Positions 47,915 to 56,970 of a stretch of 64,000 bases of DNA are shown piece after piece (within the stretch, counting starts at the first letter, position 1; the number at the start of each line of letters is the position of its first letter). The notes under the pieces were generated by a model, which worked only from the letters and a program-made list of their open reading frames with translations, was not told the DNA's origin and made no database searches. Position numbers and translations under genes: made by a program. This DNA comes from Polyangiales bacterium (lineage in GTDB: Bacteria; Myxococcota_A; Polyangia; Polyangiales; Ga0077539). Location of the stretch: the NCBI GenBank assembly GCA_044229975.1, contig JBGARZ010000002.1, positions 480,001 through 544,000 of the forward strand. The letters run 5' to 3'.

Positions 47915-49657
47915 TCAGCCCAGCGCAGCCTTCACACGGGTCGCGATGTCGTCCGCCGCCGTCGCGAGGTCGATCATCTCCACGTCCTTGCTGGTGCGCG
48001 CCTTCACCTCGGCCTTGCCCTGTTCGAGGCTCTTCTTGCCGAGCGTCACGCGCAGCGGAATGCCCAGCAGGTCGGCGTCCTTGAACTTCACGCCGGGTCG
48101 CTCGTCGCGGTCGTCGTAGAGCACCTCGATGCCCCGCGCGGTGAGCGCATCGTAGAGCCCGTCGGCGGCGCTCACGGCCTCCGGCGTGTTCACCAGCGCC
48201 GAGAGCATCACCTGGTACGGCGCGATGGACATCGGCCACGTGAGCCCGTCGTTGTCGTGGCACTGCTCCGCCGTCGCGGCCACGAGGCGCGACACGCCGA
48301 TGCCGTAGCAGCCCATCACGATGAGCTTCTCGGCGCCCGTCTCGTCGAGAAACTTCGCGCCCATCTTCCCGGTGTAGTGCGTGCCCAGCACGAAGATGTG
48401 CCCGCCTTCGATGCCCTTGTACTCCTGCAACCCGGCGCCGCAGTTGGGGCACGGATCGCCGCTGCCGACCGCACGCACGTCCGTCACCCGCGCGCGCTCG
48501 CCCAGCGACGCCGTGGCGTCGGCCATCGCCACGTGCTGCCGGTGGAAGCCGCTCTTGTTCGCCCCCACGACCATGCCCGTCGACTCGGCGATCTCGCGGT
48601 CGACCAGCACCTCGATGTTCGCGGGCAGACCGCGCGGGCCGATGTAGCCCGCGTTGAGCCCCGCGGCCTGGAGCTCCTCGTCCTCGGCCGGGCGAAGCCA
48701 CGCGGCACCGAGCTCGCGGTTGAGCGCGACTTCATTCACGCGACGGTCGCCGCGGATGAAGGTCACGACGACCTTGGAGTCGGTGCCCTTCCCGTAGACG
48801 AACACGCCCGCCTTCACGGTCTGCGTGGTCGGCACCTTCAAGAACTCCGCGACCTCCTCGATGGTCTTCTTGTTGGGCGTGGCGATGTCCGCCTCGGGCT
48901 TCCCCGACCCGGCGGTCGCAGCCGTCACGGCCGCGCGCTGTGCCACGGCGGCCTCGACGTTGGCGGCGTACTCGCACGACGGGCACACCACGATGGCGTC
49001 CTCGCCCGTCTCCGCGAGGATCTGGAACTCCGCGCTCGTGTTGCCGCCCATCGCGCCAGAGTCGGCCGCGACCATGCGGTACTTCACGCCGACGCGCGTG
49101 AAGACGCGGTCGTACGCGGCGCGCATCGTGGCGTAGCTGGCGAGCGCGCCCTCCTCGGTGGTGTCGAAGCTGTAGGCGTCCTTCATCAAGAACTCGCGAC
49201 AGCGCAGCAGGCCCGCGCGCGGCCGTGCCTCGTCGCGGTACTTCCACTGGATCTGGTAGAGGTTGACCGGGAGCTGGCGGTACGACTTCACGACGCCGCG
49301 CACGAGGTCGGTGATGACCTCTTCGTGCGTCGGGCCGAGGTGGTAGTCGTTCTTCTTCTGGTCCTTGAGGCGGAAGAGGGTCGAGCCGAAGAGGTCCCAC
49401 CGGCCGGTCTCCTTGAAGAGCTCGGCGGGGACGAGCGCGGGGAGCATCACCTCTTGAGCGCCCGCGCGGTCCATCTCCTGGCGCACGATGCCTTCGACCT
49501 TCCGCAGCACCTTCAGGCCCAGCGGGAGAAACTCGTAGATCCCAGCGCCCACCTGCCGGATGTACCCGCCGCGCAGCAGCAGCCGGTGCGACGGGTTCTT
49601 CCGCGCCTCGGCCGGGTCTTCGCGCAACGTGGGAATGAACGACTTGGAATACCGCAT
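47915..49657 (-). CDS. proS: Proline--tRNA ligase (bacterial type with editing insertion)
   Basis: LGPTHEE, KYRDEARPRAGLLRCREF, EGGHIFVLG, MGCYGIGVSR and DADLLGIP. Confidence 0.97.
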   Translation of the reverse strand: MRYSKSFIPTLREDPAEARKNPSHRLLLRGGYIRQVGAGIYEFLPLGLKVLRKVEGIVRQEMDRAGAQEVMLPALVPAELFKETGRWDLFGSTLFRLKDQKKNDYHLGPTHEEVITDLVRGVVKSYRQLPVNLYQIQWKYRDEARPRAGLLRCREFLMKDAYSFDTTEEGALASYATMRAAYDRVFTRVGVKYRMVAADSGAMGGNTSAEFQILAETGEDAIVVCPSCEYAANVEAAVAQRAAVTAATAGSGKPEADIATPNKKTIEEVAEFLKVPTTQTVKAGVFVYGKGTDSKVVVTFIRGDRRVNEVALNRELGAAWLRPAEDEELQAAGLNAGYIGPRGLPANIEVLVDREIAESTGMVVGANKSGFHRQHVAMADATASLGERARVTDVRAVGSGDPCPNCGAGLQEYKGIEGGHIFVLGTHYTGKMGAKFLDETGAEKLIVMGCYGIGVSRLVAATAEQCHDNDGLTWPMSIAPYQVMLSALVNTPEAVSAADGLYDALTARGIEVLYDDRDERPGVKFKDADLLGIPLRVTLGKKSLEQGKAEVKARTSKDVEMIDLATAADDIATRVKAALG

Positions 49658-49687
49658 AGATCTTCAGAGCCTCCGAGAGAGCGCGGG

Positions 49688-49715
49688 ACCCTACGGAAGC
49701 GCCGCATCAAGTCAA
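49688..49715 (-). promoter_or_regulatory. Putative sigma70 promoter of proS
   Basis: TTGACT-N16-TAGGGT on the minus strand. Confidence 0.5.
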
Positions 49716-49765
49716 GACATCGCCGCGCCGCGCGCTCGCGCGGATCTGTATAGTCCGCGCCCGCT

Positions 49766-50755
49766 ATGAAGCCCTCGCTCGTCCCGCTGCTCCGCTGTCC
49801 GCGCTCCCACGACACACTTCACGTCGGCACCAACGCCAACGCCGACCCCGACGACGACATCGCCACGGGCACGCTGGAGACCGACCGCGGCGTGCGCTGG
49901 CCCATCGTCCGCGGCGTTCCACGCTTCGTCCCCTCCGACGAATACGCCGGCAGCTTCGGCTTCCAATGGAACCGCTTTCCCGCCACGCAGCTCGACTCGC
50001 GCTCGGGCCTCACCATCTCGCGCGACCGCTTCCTCGCGCAGTGGTCTCTTCCCCCCGAGTGGTTCGCCGGTCGTCGCATCCTCGACGTCGGCTGCGGCGC
50101 CGGGCGCTTCGCCGAGATCGCCGCGTCCCTCGGCGCCGAGGTCGTCGCGGTCGACCTCTCGTCCGCCGTCGATGCGTGCTGGTCCAACCTCGGACACCTC
50201 CCGTCGGTGCACGTCGTCCAGGCCAGCGTCTACGACCTCCCCTTCGCGGCGCAGTCCTTCGACGCCGTCTACTGCTTCGGCGTCATCCAGCACACGCCCG
50301 ACGTGAAGCGATCGTTCATGTCGCTCGCGCGCATGGTGCGTCCCGGCGGAGAGTTCGCCGTCGACGTCTACCGCAGCGACTGGAAGGGCTGGCTGCACCC
50401 CAAGCCCTGGCTCCGCCCGGTCACGTCACGGCTCGCGCAGAGCACCCTCTTCGGCGCCATCGAGCGCGCCGCACCGACGCTCCTCAAGGCCAGCCACGCC
50501 GCCGGGAGCGTGCCCGTCGTGGGGCGTGCGCTGCGCCGGGCGATCCCCATCGCCGACTACGAAGGAACCTTCCCCCTCGACGAGCAGCAGCGCCTGGAGT
50601 GGGCCGTGCTCGACACCTTCGACTGGCTCTCGCCGCGCTACGACCAACCGCAGAGCGGCGACACGCTGACGAACTGGGCCCGCGAGGCCGGACTCACCGA
50701 CCCCGTCGTGCACCAGCCCGCCCACCTCACGCTGCGGGCCCGCGCGCCCGGCTGA
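49766..50755 (+). CDS. Class I SAM-dependent methyltransferase with a Trm112-like N-terminus
   Basis: LLRCP...WPIVRGVPRF; SFGFQW; ILDVGCGAGRF; FDAVYCFGVIQHTPD. Confidence 0.88.
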   Translation: MKPSLVPLLRCPRSHDTLHVGTNANADPDDDIATGTLETDRGVRWPIVRGVPRFVPSDEYAGSFGFQWNRFPATQLDSRSGLTISRDRFLAQWSLPPEWFAGRRILDVGCGAGRFAEIAASLGAEVVAVDLSSAVDACWSNLGHLPSVHVVQASVYDLPFAAQSFDAVYCFGVIQHTPDVKRSFMSLARMVRPGGEFAVDVYRSDWKGWLHPKPWLRPVTSRLAQSTLFGAIERAAPTLLKASHAAGSVPVVGRALRRAIPIADYEGTFPLDEQQRLEWAVLDTFDWLSPRYDQPQSGDTLTNWAREAGLTDPVVHQPAHLTLRARAPG

Positions 50756-50759
50756 TCGC

Positions 50760-51359
50760 TCAGCCGCCGTCGAAGCCCGCGTCGCGCGCCCCGACGCCCC
50801 CATCGTACGCCGCGGCGTCGCTCACCCCGCCGTCCGTCGGGCGCTCGCGCACCGTCACGCAGCGCCCCTCGGTCGAGCACGACACCGCCACGGCCGCTCC
50901 GCACGTCCCCACGCCGACGCAGCGGCCCATGGTCGCGCAGCCCAGCATTCCCCAGCGCTCGCGCAGCAGCACCAGCCGCGCGAACTCGGGCGCTGTTGCG
51001 TTGACGAACACCTCGCACGCGCAGCAAAGCGTCTCGCACACGCGGGCGCCGCACTCGCCATCGACGCGGCACGACTGCACCGCGCGCACGGCGGCGGCGT
51101 AGTCCTCCGAGACGGCCTGGCAGGGCCCGTCGCCGTCGGCCGACGCACCCGAGTCCGAGCGCTGCGAGACATCGGCCAGCGGGATGACGTCCACCGACGG
51201 CACCACGTCGAAGCGTCCGGGGATGTCGGTCACCGTCGCGTCGGAGACGTCTTCCACGATGGCGTCGCGCGCGTCGAAGCGAGGAACGTCCTCCGCCAAC
51301 AGGTCGCCCCCGCACCCCGCGAGCGCGCAAGACAACAGCACCACGGAGAGTGCGCGCAT
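50760..51359 (-). CDS. Cys-rich hypothetical lipoprotein
   Basis: Lipobox LAGC; Asp-rich linker; CRVDGECGARVCETLCCAC; TGATG-coupled to purS. Confidence 0.75.
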   Translation of the reverse strand: MRALSVVLLSCALAGCGGDLLAEDVPRFDARDAIVEDVSDATVTDIPGRFDVVPSVDVIPLADVSQRSDSGASADGDGPCQAVSEDYAAAVRAVQSCRVDGECGARVCETLCCACEVFVNATAPEFARLVLLRERWGMLGCATMGRCVGVGTCGAAVAVSCSTEGRCVTVRERPTDGGVSDAAAYDGGVGARDAGFDGG

Positions 51360-51619
51360 CAGGTCGTGGTCTTCTCCCCGCCCCCGATGACCTCCACGAC
51401 GAAGTCCTCCATCACGGGGTTGGCCAGCAGCTTGTCGGCCGCCTCGCGCAGGAGCGCCGACGGGTCGGCCACGCCCTCGGCGAGCTCCACCTCGATCACC
51501 TTGCCCACGCGCACCTCGCGCACGCCCTTCAACCCCAGCGCGTCGAACCCGCGCCGGATGGCCTCGCCCTGCGGGTCGAGCACCTCTCGCTTCAGCGTCA
51601 CCGTCACCCTGGCTCTCAT
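51359..51619 (-). CDS. purS: Phosphoribosylformylglycinamidine synthase subunit PurS
   Basis: VTVTLKREVLDPQG...VRVGKVIE...KLLANPVMEDF. Confidence 0.95.
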   Translation of the reverse strand: MRARVTVTLKREVLDPQGEAIRRGFDALGLKGVREVRVGKVIEVELAEGVADPSALLREAADKLLANPVMEDFVVEVIGGGEKTTT

Positions 51620-51635
51620 GGTCATCGCTCCGGTT

Positions 51636-52616
51636 CTACAATCCTGCGGCCGCGAGCGCCGCCTCAATGCGTGCCTGCGGGGGGCGCAGGTCAGCCACGA
51701 AGGGTCGCCCCGTGATGCGCTCGAAGGCCGCCACGTACCGCCGCGCCGCCTCGACCCGCACGTCGTCGGGGAGCGTCGGAATCTCCCCGTCGCCGGTGAA
51801 ACCTTCGGCCGCCAGCCAACGCCGCACGTACTCCTTGTCGAAGCTCTCGGGCTCCTCGCCCTTGGCGTGACGCTCGCGGTAGCTCTCGGCGAACCAGTAC
51901 CGCGACGAGTCCGGCGTGTGCACCTCGTCGATGACGACGATGCCGCCGCCGCGCGACGCGGGCAGCCGACCAAACTCGTACTTGGTGTCGACGAGGATGA
52001 GCCCCTGCTTGGCGCTCCACTCCTGGCCGCGCGCGAAGAGGGCGAGCGCGACGCGCGACACGTGGTCCATGTCGGCCTGCGTGATGACGCCCGACGCGAC
52101 GAGCTCGGCCGCCGACACCGACACGTCGTGGCCACCCTTCGGGGCCTTGGTGCTCGGGGTCACGATGGCGTGGGGGAGCGGGTCGTTCTTGTGCAATCCG
52201 TCGGGTAGCGCGTGACCGCAGAAGGTGCGCTCGCCGCGCGCATACGCCGTCCACACCGAGGTGCTGGTGACGCCGGTGAGGTACGAGCGCACGACGACTT
52301 CGACGGGCAGCGGGTCGCACTCCCACGCAAGCGCCACGTTGGGGTCGGGCGACGCGATGAGGTGATGCGGCGCCACGTCGGCCGCGAGGTCGAACCAGAA
52401 CGCACTCATCTGCGACAGCACCTGCCCCTTGAGGGGGATGGTGCCCAGCACGCGGTCGAAGGCCGAGATGCGGTCGGTGGTGACGAGCACCCGGCGGCCG
52501 TCGGGCAGCGACCAGTTGTCGCGCACCTTGCCGCGGTAACACTCGCCGAGGCGCGGCAGCTCGACCGATTCGAGCGGGTGCGCGAGCGCGGCGCGGAGCG
52601 TGGCGTCGTCGATCAT
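51636..52616 (-). CDS. purC: SAICAR synthetase
   Basis: [41 protein letters not shown] and SFDKEYVR. Confidence 0.96.
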   Translation of the reverse strand: MIDDATLRAALAHPLESVELPRLGECYRGKVRDNWSLPDGRRVLVTTDRISAFDRVLGTIPLKGQVLSQMSAFWFDLAADVAPHHLIASPDPNVALAWECDPLPVEVVVRSYLTGVTSTSVWTAYARGERTFCGHALPDGLHKNDPLPHAIVTPSTKAPKGGHDVSVSAAELVASGVITQADMDHVSRVALALFARGQEWSAKQGLILVDTKYEFGRLPASRGGGIVVIDEVHTPDSSRYWFAESYRERHAKGEEPESFDKEYVRRWLAAEGFTGDGEIPTLPDDVRVEAARRYVAAFERITGRPFVADLRPPQARIEAALAAAGL

Positions 52617-53917
52617 CGGGAGGCCTCCACCGCGCGGGTGATGACGGCGTCGACGTGTCGCAGGGCGTGCGTCAGGTCGAAGCAGGCGTCGAGCGTCGAC
52701 GGCGGCAGTCGGGCGCTCACATCGGCATCTTCGCCCAGCAGCGTGCGGAAGTCGCCTTCCCGCCGCCACGCGCGCATCGCGTTGCGCTGGACCATCACGT
52801 AGCCCTCCTGTCGGCCGGTACCAGAGGCCACGAGCGCGAGCAGCACGGCCTCGCTCGCCCACAACCCGCGGGCCTCGGAGAGGTTCTCCTTGAGGTGATC
52901 GGGGTACACGACGAGGCCGCGCACCAGCGTCGTCGCGCGCTCCAGCATGAAGCCCAGCGTGGTTGTCGCGTCAGGGGCGAGCATGCGCTCGGCCGACGAG
53001 TGCGAGATGTCGCGCTCGTGCCAGAGGGGGGTGTTCTCCAGGGCGGCGCCCGCGAAGGCGCGCATCATCCGCGCGAGCCCGCAGAGGTTCTCCGAGAGGA
53101 TCGGGTTGCGCTTGTGGGGCATCGCGCTCGACCCCTTCTGCCCGACGGTAAACGCCTCTTCGGCCTCGCCGAGCTCCGTGCGCTGCCAGTGGCGCACCTG
53201 CACCGCGAGGCGCTCGATGGCGCCCGCGACCACGGCGAAGGCCGAGAAGTACGCCGCGTGACGATCGCGCGGCACGACCTGCGTGGCGACGGTCTCGACG
53301 CCGAGCCCGAGCGCCGCGAGCGCGCGGGCCTCGAACGCGGGCGAGAGGTGGGCGTAGGTTCCGACGGCGCCCGAGAGGCTGCCGACGGCGATCTCGTCGC
53401 GGGCGACGCGGAGGCGGGCGCGGGCGCGGGTGAGCTCGGCGAGGTGGCCGGCGAGCGCGAGGCCGAAGGTGATGGGCTCGGCGTGGATGCCGTGCGAGCG
53501 GCCGATCATGGGCGTGGCGCGGTGGGCCTCGGTCTTCTCGCGCAGCGCGGCGAGCAGCGCTTCGAGGCGGTCGAGGCACATCGTCGCGGCGTCGCGCAGG
53601 AGCATCGCAAACGACGTGTCGAGCACGTCGCTGGAGGTCATGCCCCGGTGCAACCATCGCGCGGGCTCACCCGCGAGCTCCTCGACGTGCGTGAGAAACG
53701 CGATGACGTCGTGGCGCGTGGTGCGCTCGATCTCGTCGATGCGCGCGGCGTCGAGGGTGAGGGCCAGGGCCTCGATGCGCGCGGCCGTTCCGACGGGGAC
53801 GAGCCCCTCGGTCTCCATCGAGGCGCACGCGGCGAGCTCGACGTCGAGCCAGGCCTGGAAGCGGCGCTCGGGCGACCAGAGCGCGGCGAAATCAGCGGGT
53901 GTGTAGCGGGGGATCAT
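52613..53917 (-). CDS. purB: Adenylosuccinate lyase
   Basis: [22 protein letters not shown] and [11 protein letters not shown]. Confidence 0.97.
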   Translation of the reverse strand: MIPRYTPADFAALWSPERRFQAWLDVELAACASMETEGLVPVGTAARIEALALTLDAARIDEIERTTRHDVIAFLTHVEELAGEPARWLHRGMTSSDVLDTSFAMLLRDAATMCLDRLEALLAALREKTEAHRATPMIGRSHGIHAEPITFGLALAGHLAELTRARARLRVARDEIAVGSLSGAVGTYAHLSPAFEARALAALGLGVETVATQVVPRDRHAAYFSAFAVVAGAIERLAVQVRHWQRTELGEAEEAFTVGQKGSSAMPHKRNPILSENLCGLARMMRAFAGAALENTPLWHERDISHSSAERMLAPDATTTLGFMLERATTLVRGLVVYPDHLKENLSEARGLWASEAVLLALVASGTGRQEGYVMVQRNAMRAWRREGDFRTLLGEDADVSARLPPSTLDACFDLTHALRHVDAVITRAVEASR

Positions 53918-54026
53918 CGGCGGGCGATGCTATTGCCACAGGCGCCGGGCGGAGGGCAAAGGCGAGGCGGACATGCCGCGCAGACGAGGTCGATGACGGT
54001 CTCGCGTTGACACCACGCCGCGCGGG

Positions 54027-55046
54027 GTGATGCCATCCGACGCCGCCATGCAGAGACCTCCCTGGAAGATCGTCAGGGATCGCTTCCAGATCGTGCTGAC
54101 CACGTGGGCCGATGCTCGCGTCGCGGGCGCGGTGCGCCTCGACCGCGGCGAGGCCCAACGTCGGCTGCGCTGGGCCCTCGGACTCGGCGACTGGAGTGTG
54201 TTTCCGCAGGCCGTCGCCGAGGCCGCGCGGTACGTCGTGTCGCGGCGACCGGTGCGGGTGCCATTGCGCGAGGCCGACGCGCGGCGGGTGGTGTTCGACG
54301 CGCTCGCGCGGGGAGTGCTCGTCGCGTGGCTCATCGAGTCCAATGGTGTCGCGCTCATGGAGGGCGGCGGCGGTGGCGCGGGCGAGGACCAGTCCATCGA
54401 GAGCGAAGCGCTCGTCACGCAGAAGACGTGGATCGAGGTCGAGCTCCTCGACATGGACGGCAACCCGATGCGGGGCGAACCCTATTGGGTGAAGCTGCCC
54501 GACGGCACCATCCGCGAGGGCTCCCTCGATGAGCACGGGCGCGTGTACTTCGGCGACCTCGACCCGGGGTCGGCGGAGATCCACTGGCCCAACCGCGACG
54601 GCGACGCGACCGAGCCGTCGATGCCGCTGGGGCAGCGTGAGCTCGCGCCCGAGCCGGGCGCTGGCGTGTCGGCGGGCAACCGCGTCGAGCGCACCTGGGT
54701 GGAGATCGAGTTGCTGGACATGGAGGGCCGACCGGTCCCCTACGAGCGCTACTGGATCAAGCTCCCCGATGGCACCGTGCGCGAGGGCGTGCTCGACACG
54801 ATGGGCTGCGCCTACTTCGACGACCTCGACCCGGGCCAGTGCACCATCCGATGGCTGGGCCGCGACGAGGAGGCGGCCTTCCTGGAGCCCGACGCGACGA
54901 CGCCGGGAGCCACCGACCGGATCGCGGCGCAGGTCGAGGCGCTGGAGTCGGCGGCGCGCGACGGCGTGCCCTTCTGCGAGGAGTGCGAGCGCGCGCGTCA
55001 ACAGCAGGAGGCCGAGGCCAACGAGTCGCAGTCGGTCGAGGCCTGA
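54027..55046 (+). CDS. T6SS-associated hypothetical protein: two tandem transthyretin-like repeats and a C-terminal GVPFCEEC motif
   Basis: Repeats TWIEVELLDMDGNP...VKLPDGTIREGSLD...DLDPG at ~54426-54600 and TWVEIELLDMEGRP...IKLPDGTVREGVLD...DLDPG at ~54693-54866. Start may be 54048. Confidence 0.75.
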   Translation: MMPSDAAMQRPPWKIVRDRFQIVLTTWADARVAGAVRLDRGEAQRRLRWALGLGDWSVFPQAVAEAARYVVSRRPVRVPLREADARRVVFDALARGVLVAWLIESNGVALMEGGGGGAGEDQSIESEALVTQKTWIEVELLDMDGNPMRGEPYWVKLPDGTIREGSLDEHGRVYFGDLDPGSAEIHWPNRDGDATEPSMPLGQRELAPEPGAGVSAGNRVERTWVEIELLDMEGRPVPYERYWIKLPDGTVREGVLDTMGCAYFDDLDPGQCTIRWLGRDEEAAFLEPDATTPGATDRIAAQVEALESAARDGVPFCEECERARQQQEAEANESQSVEA

Positions 55047-55068
55047 AGGGACGGAGCGGTAGAAGGCC

Positions 55069-55665
55069 ATGGCGGATTTACCGATCGAGCAACTGACGCC
55101 GCGCCTCTGGCCGCGGGGCGACGACGAGCGCACCTACGCCCTCCTCGACGGGGCGCGCACGCCCAATGTGCAGGCATGGATCAACGCCTCGCGGTTGGAG
55201 TCGCGGTGCCTCTACATCGGCGAACTCGCCCCGGCGCTGGCGCGGGTCGCGCCGTACATCGTGCGCCTGCCGCGGTCGGCGCCCGCTTCGCGCACGTTGC
55301 TGGAGCAGGGTTGGGGCGATGCCTGGGGGGTGTTCCTGCGGTCGACCGCGTCGATGGACGCGCTGCACCGTCACTTCCGGCGGCTCTTGCGAGTGCAGGA
55401 CGAGCGCGGCGTGCGGATGCTCTTCCGCTTCTATGACCCGCGGGTGCTGCGGATGTACCTGCCGACGTGCGTGCCGGGCGAGCTCAACCAGGTGTTCGGG
55501 CCGGTGGAGTACTTCGTCACGGAGGCGGAGGACAGCGCGACGGTGCTGGAATTTCGCAACAACCGTGGCGTGCTGGCGCGCGGTGAGGTGCGCGCCGAGA
55601 AGCGCCTGCACTGGCTGGGCGAGTACCTCCGCAAGAGCCGCGACGAGGACACCACCAAGCGGTAG
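55069..55665 (+). CDS. DUF4123 T6SS effector chaperone (Tap-1/TEC family)
   Basis: YALLDGAR, CLYIGEL...APYIV, WGDAWGVFL, HFRRLL and LFRFYDPRVL. Confidence 0.9.
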   Translation: MADLPIEQLTPRLWPRGDDERTYALLDGARTPNVQAWINASRLESRCLYIGELAPALARVAPYIVRLPRSAPASRTLLEQGWGDAWGVFLRSTASMDALHRHFRRLLRVQDERGVRMLFRFYDPRVLRMYLPTCVPGELNQVFGPVEYFVTEAEDSATVLEFRNNRGVLARGEVRAEKRLHWLGEYLRKSRDEDTTKR

Positions 55666-55674
55666 CGCGACGGG

Positions 55675-56952
55675 TCAGCGCACGAGGGTAGGCTCGCCCA
55701 TCTCGATGGCGGGGTCATAGCGCAGGCAGATGAGCGAGCGCTCGGTGGCGAGGAGGATCTCGCCCTCCGGGGTGAGCACCGGCGCCGCCTGGAACACCTC
55801 CCCCGGAGCGGAGAAGAGGGAGGTGCCGAGACCCTCCCCGTCCAGCACCCCGAGCGTCTGGTCGACGGCCACGAGCAGCCAGCCGTCGGCGGTCACCGAG
55901 GCGTAGGGTCGGCCCTGCGGAGGGGCGAACTCCCATTGGCGATCGCCGGTCGCAGAGAACGCGACGATGCGGCTTGCCGACGCGACGAACACCCGATGGT
56001 CGGGGGCCACGACGGGCGGCGTGCGCGTCTCGGCTGCGTCGTCCGGGAGCGTCGCGGAGAACACCTGCTCTCCATCGGCGTTGAGCATCCAGAGGCGCGG
56101 CCCGTCCGGGGTACGCACGACGAGGTACACGCGGCCCGCGTCGCCGAGCGACACCGAGCGCGGCTCGAAGGTCCCCGTGAGTACGCGGCGGACCGTGAGG
56201 TCGAGGCCCAGCGTCAGCACGCGGTCACGCCAGACCACCACCACGGTGTCATCGCCCACCGCGCAGAGGACCTCCCCGTCGCGGGGCGCAACCAGCGCCC
56301 CAGGGGCAGTCACCGACTCCAGGATGCCACCCTCGGCGATGGCCAGCGGTTGGGTGACCGTGATCGCTTCGACGGAGAGCGTGGGCTCGGGTCGAAGCAG
56401 CGCCTCCGGATCGACGAAGCGGTCTTCCCCGATCACGACGGTCACGTCTCCGCGCACGGCCAGGAAGGGGTAGGTCCCCCCGTCGCCGTGGAAGACCCCG
56501 TGCGTCCAGATCGGCTCACCGGTGTCCAACGACGCCGCGGTGAGGCGTCCGTCTCCGTCCACCCAGCGGAGTGTGCGGTCAGCGAGCGAGAGCGCGATCG
56601 GTCCTGCCCCGGCTCGCCCCACGCCGCGGGGGCTCCCGTCGGCGCCGAAGAGCTGCCAGACCGGCGCCTGCACCGCGACGACGTCGCCACTCTGGAGCAC
56701 GCTGTGCGCCCGGGTGCCCGGTCGAAGGGGCGTGACGTAGCGGGGTGACCACACCACGGCGCGGGGGTCGCCGAGCGCCGCGTCGAGACGTGCGTTCTGC
56801 CGCGGGCCACCGAAGGGCTGGGTCGGGCCGGTTGCGGGGGCACCGGGGGCCGGCGGCGCGAAGCGCTCGGGGAGCGACGCCGCCCTGATCGGCTGCTCCG
56901 AAACCTCCGTGTCCACCGTGGGCTCAAGGAACGCGATGCGGGAGAACTTCAT
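55675..56952 (-). CDS. PQQ-like beta-propeller protein without a signal peptide
   Basis: Blades AASLDTGEPIW, PPVVAPDHRVFV...AFSATGDRQWEF and APVLTPEGEILL. Confidence 0.75.
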   Translation of the reverse strand: MKFSRIAFLEPTVDTEVSEQPIRAASLPERFAPPAPGAPATGPTQPFGGPRQNARLDAALGDPRAVVWSPRYVTPLRPGTRAHSVLQSGDVVAVQAPVWQLFGADGSPRGVGRAGAGPIALSLADRTLRWVDGDGRLTAASLDTGEPIWTHGVFHGDGGTYPFLAVRGDVTVVIGEDRFVDPEALLRPEPTLSVEAITVTQPLAIAEGGILESVTAPGALVAPRDGEVLCAVGDDTVVVVWRDRVLTLGLDLTVRRVLTGTFEPRSVSLGDAGRVYLVVRTPDGPRLWMLNADGEQVFSATLPDDAAETRTPPVVAPDHRVFVASASRIVAFSATGDRQWEFAPPQGRPYASVTADGWLLVAVDQTLGVLDGEGLGTSLFSAPGEVFQAAPVLTPEGEILLATERSLICLRYDPAIEMGEPTLVR

Positions 56953-56970
56953 CGGCTACCGTTCCTCTGG

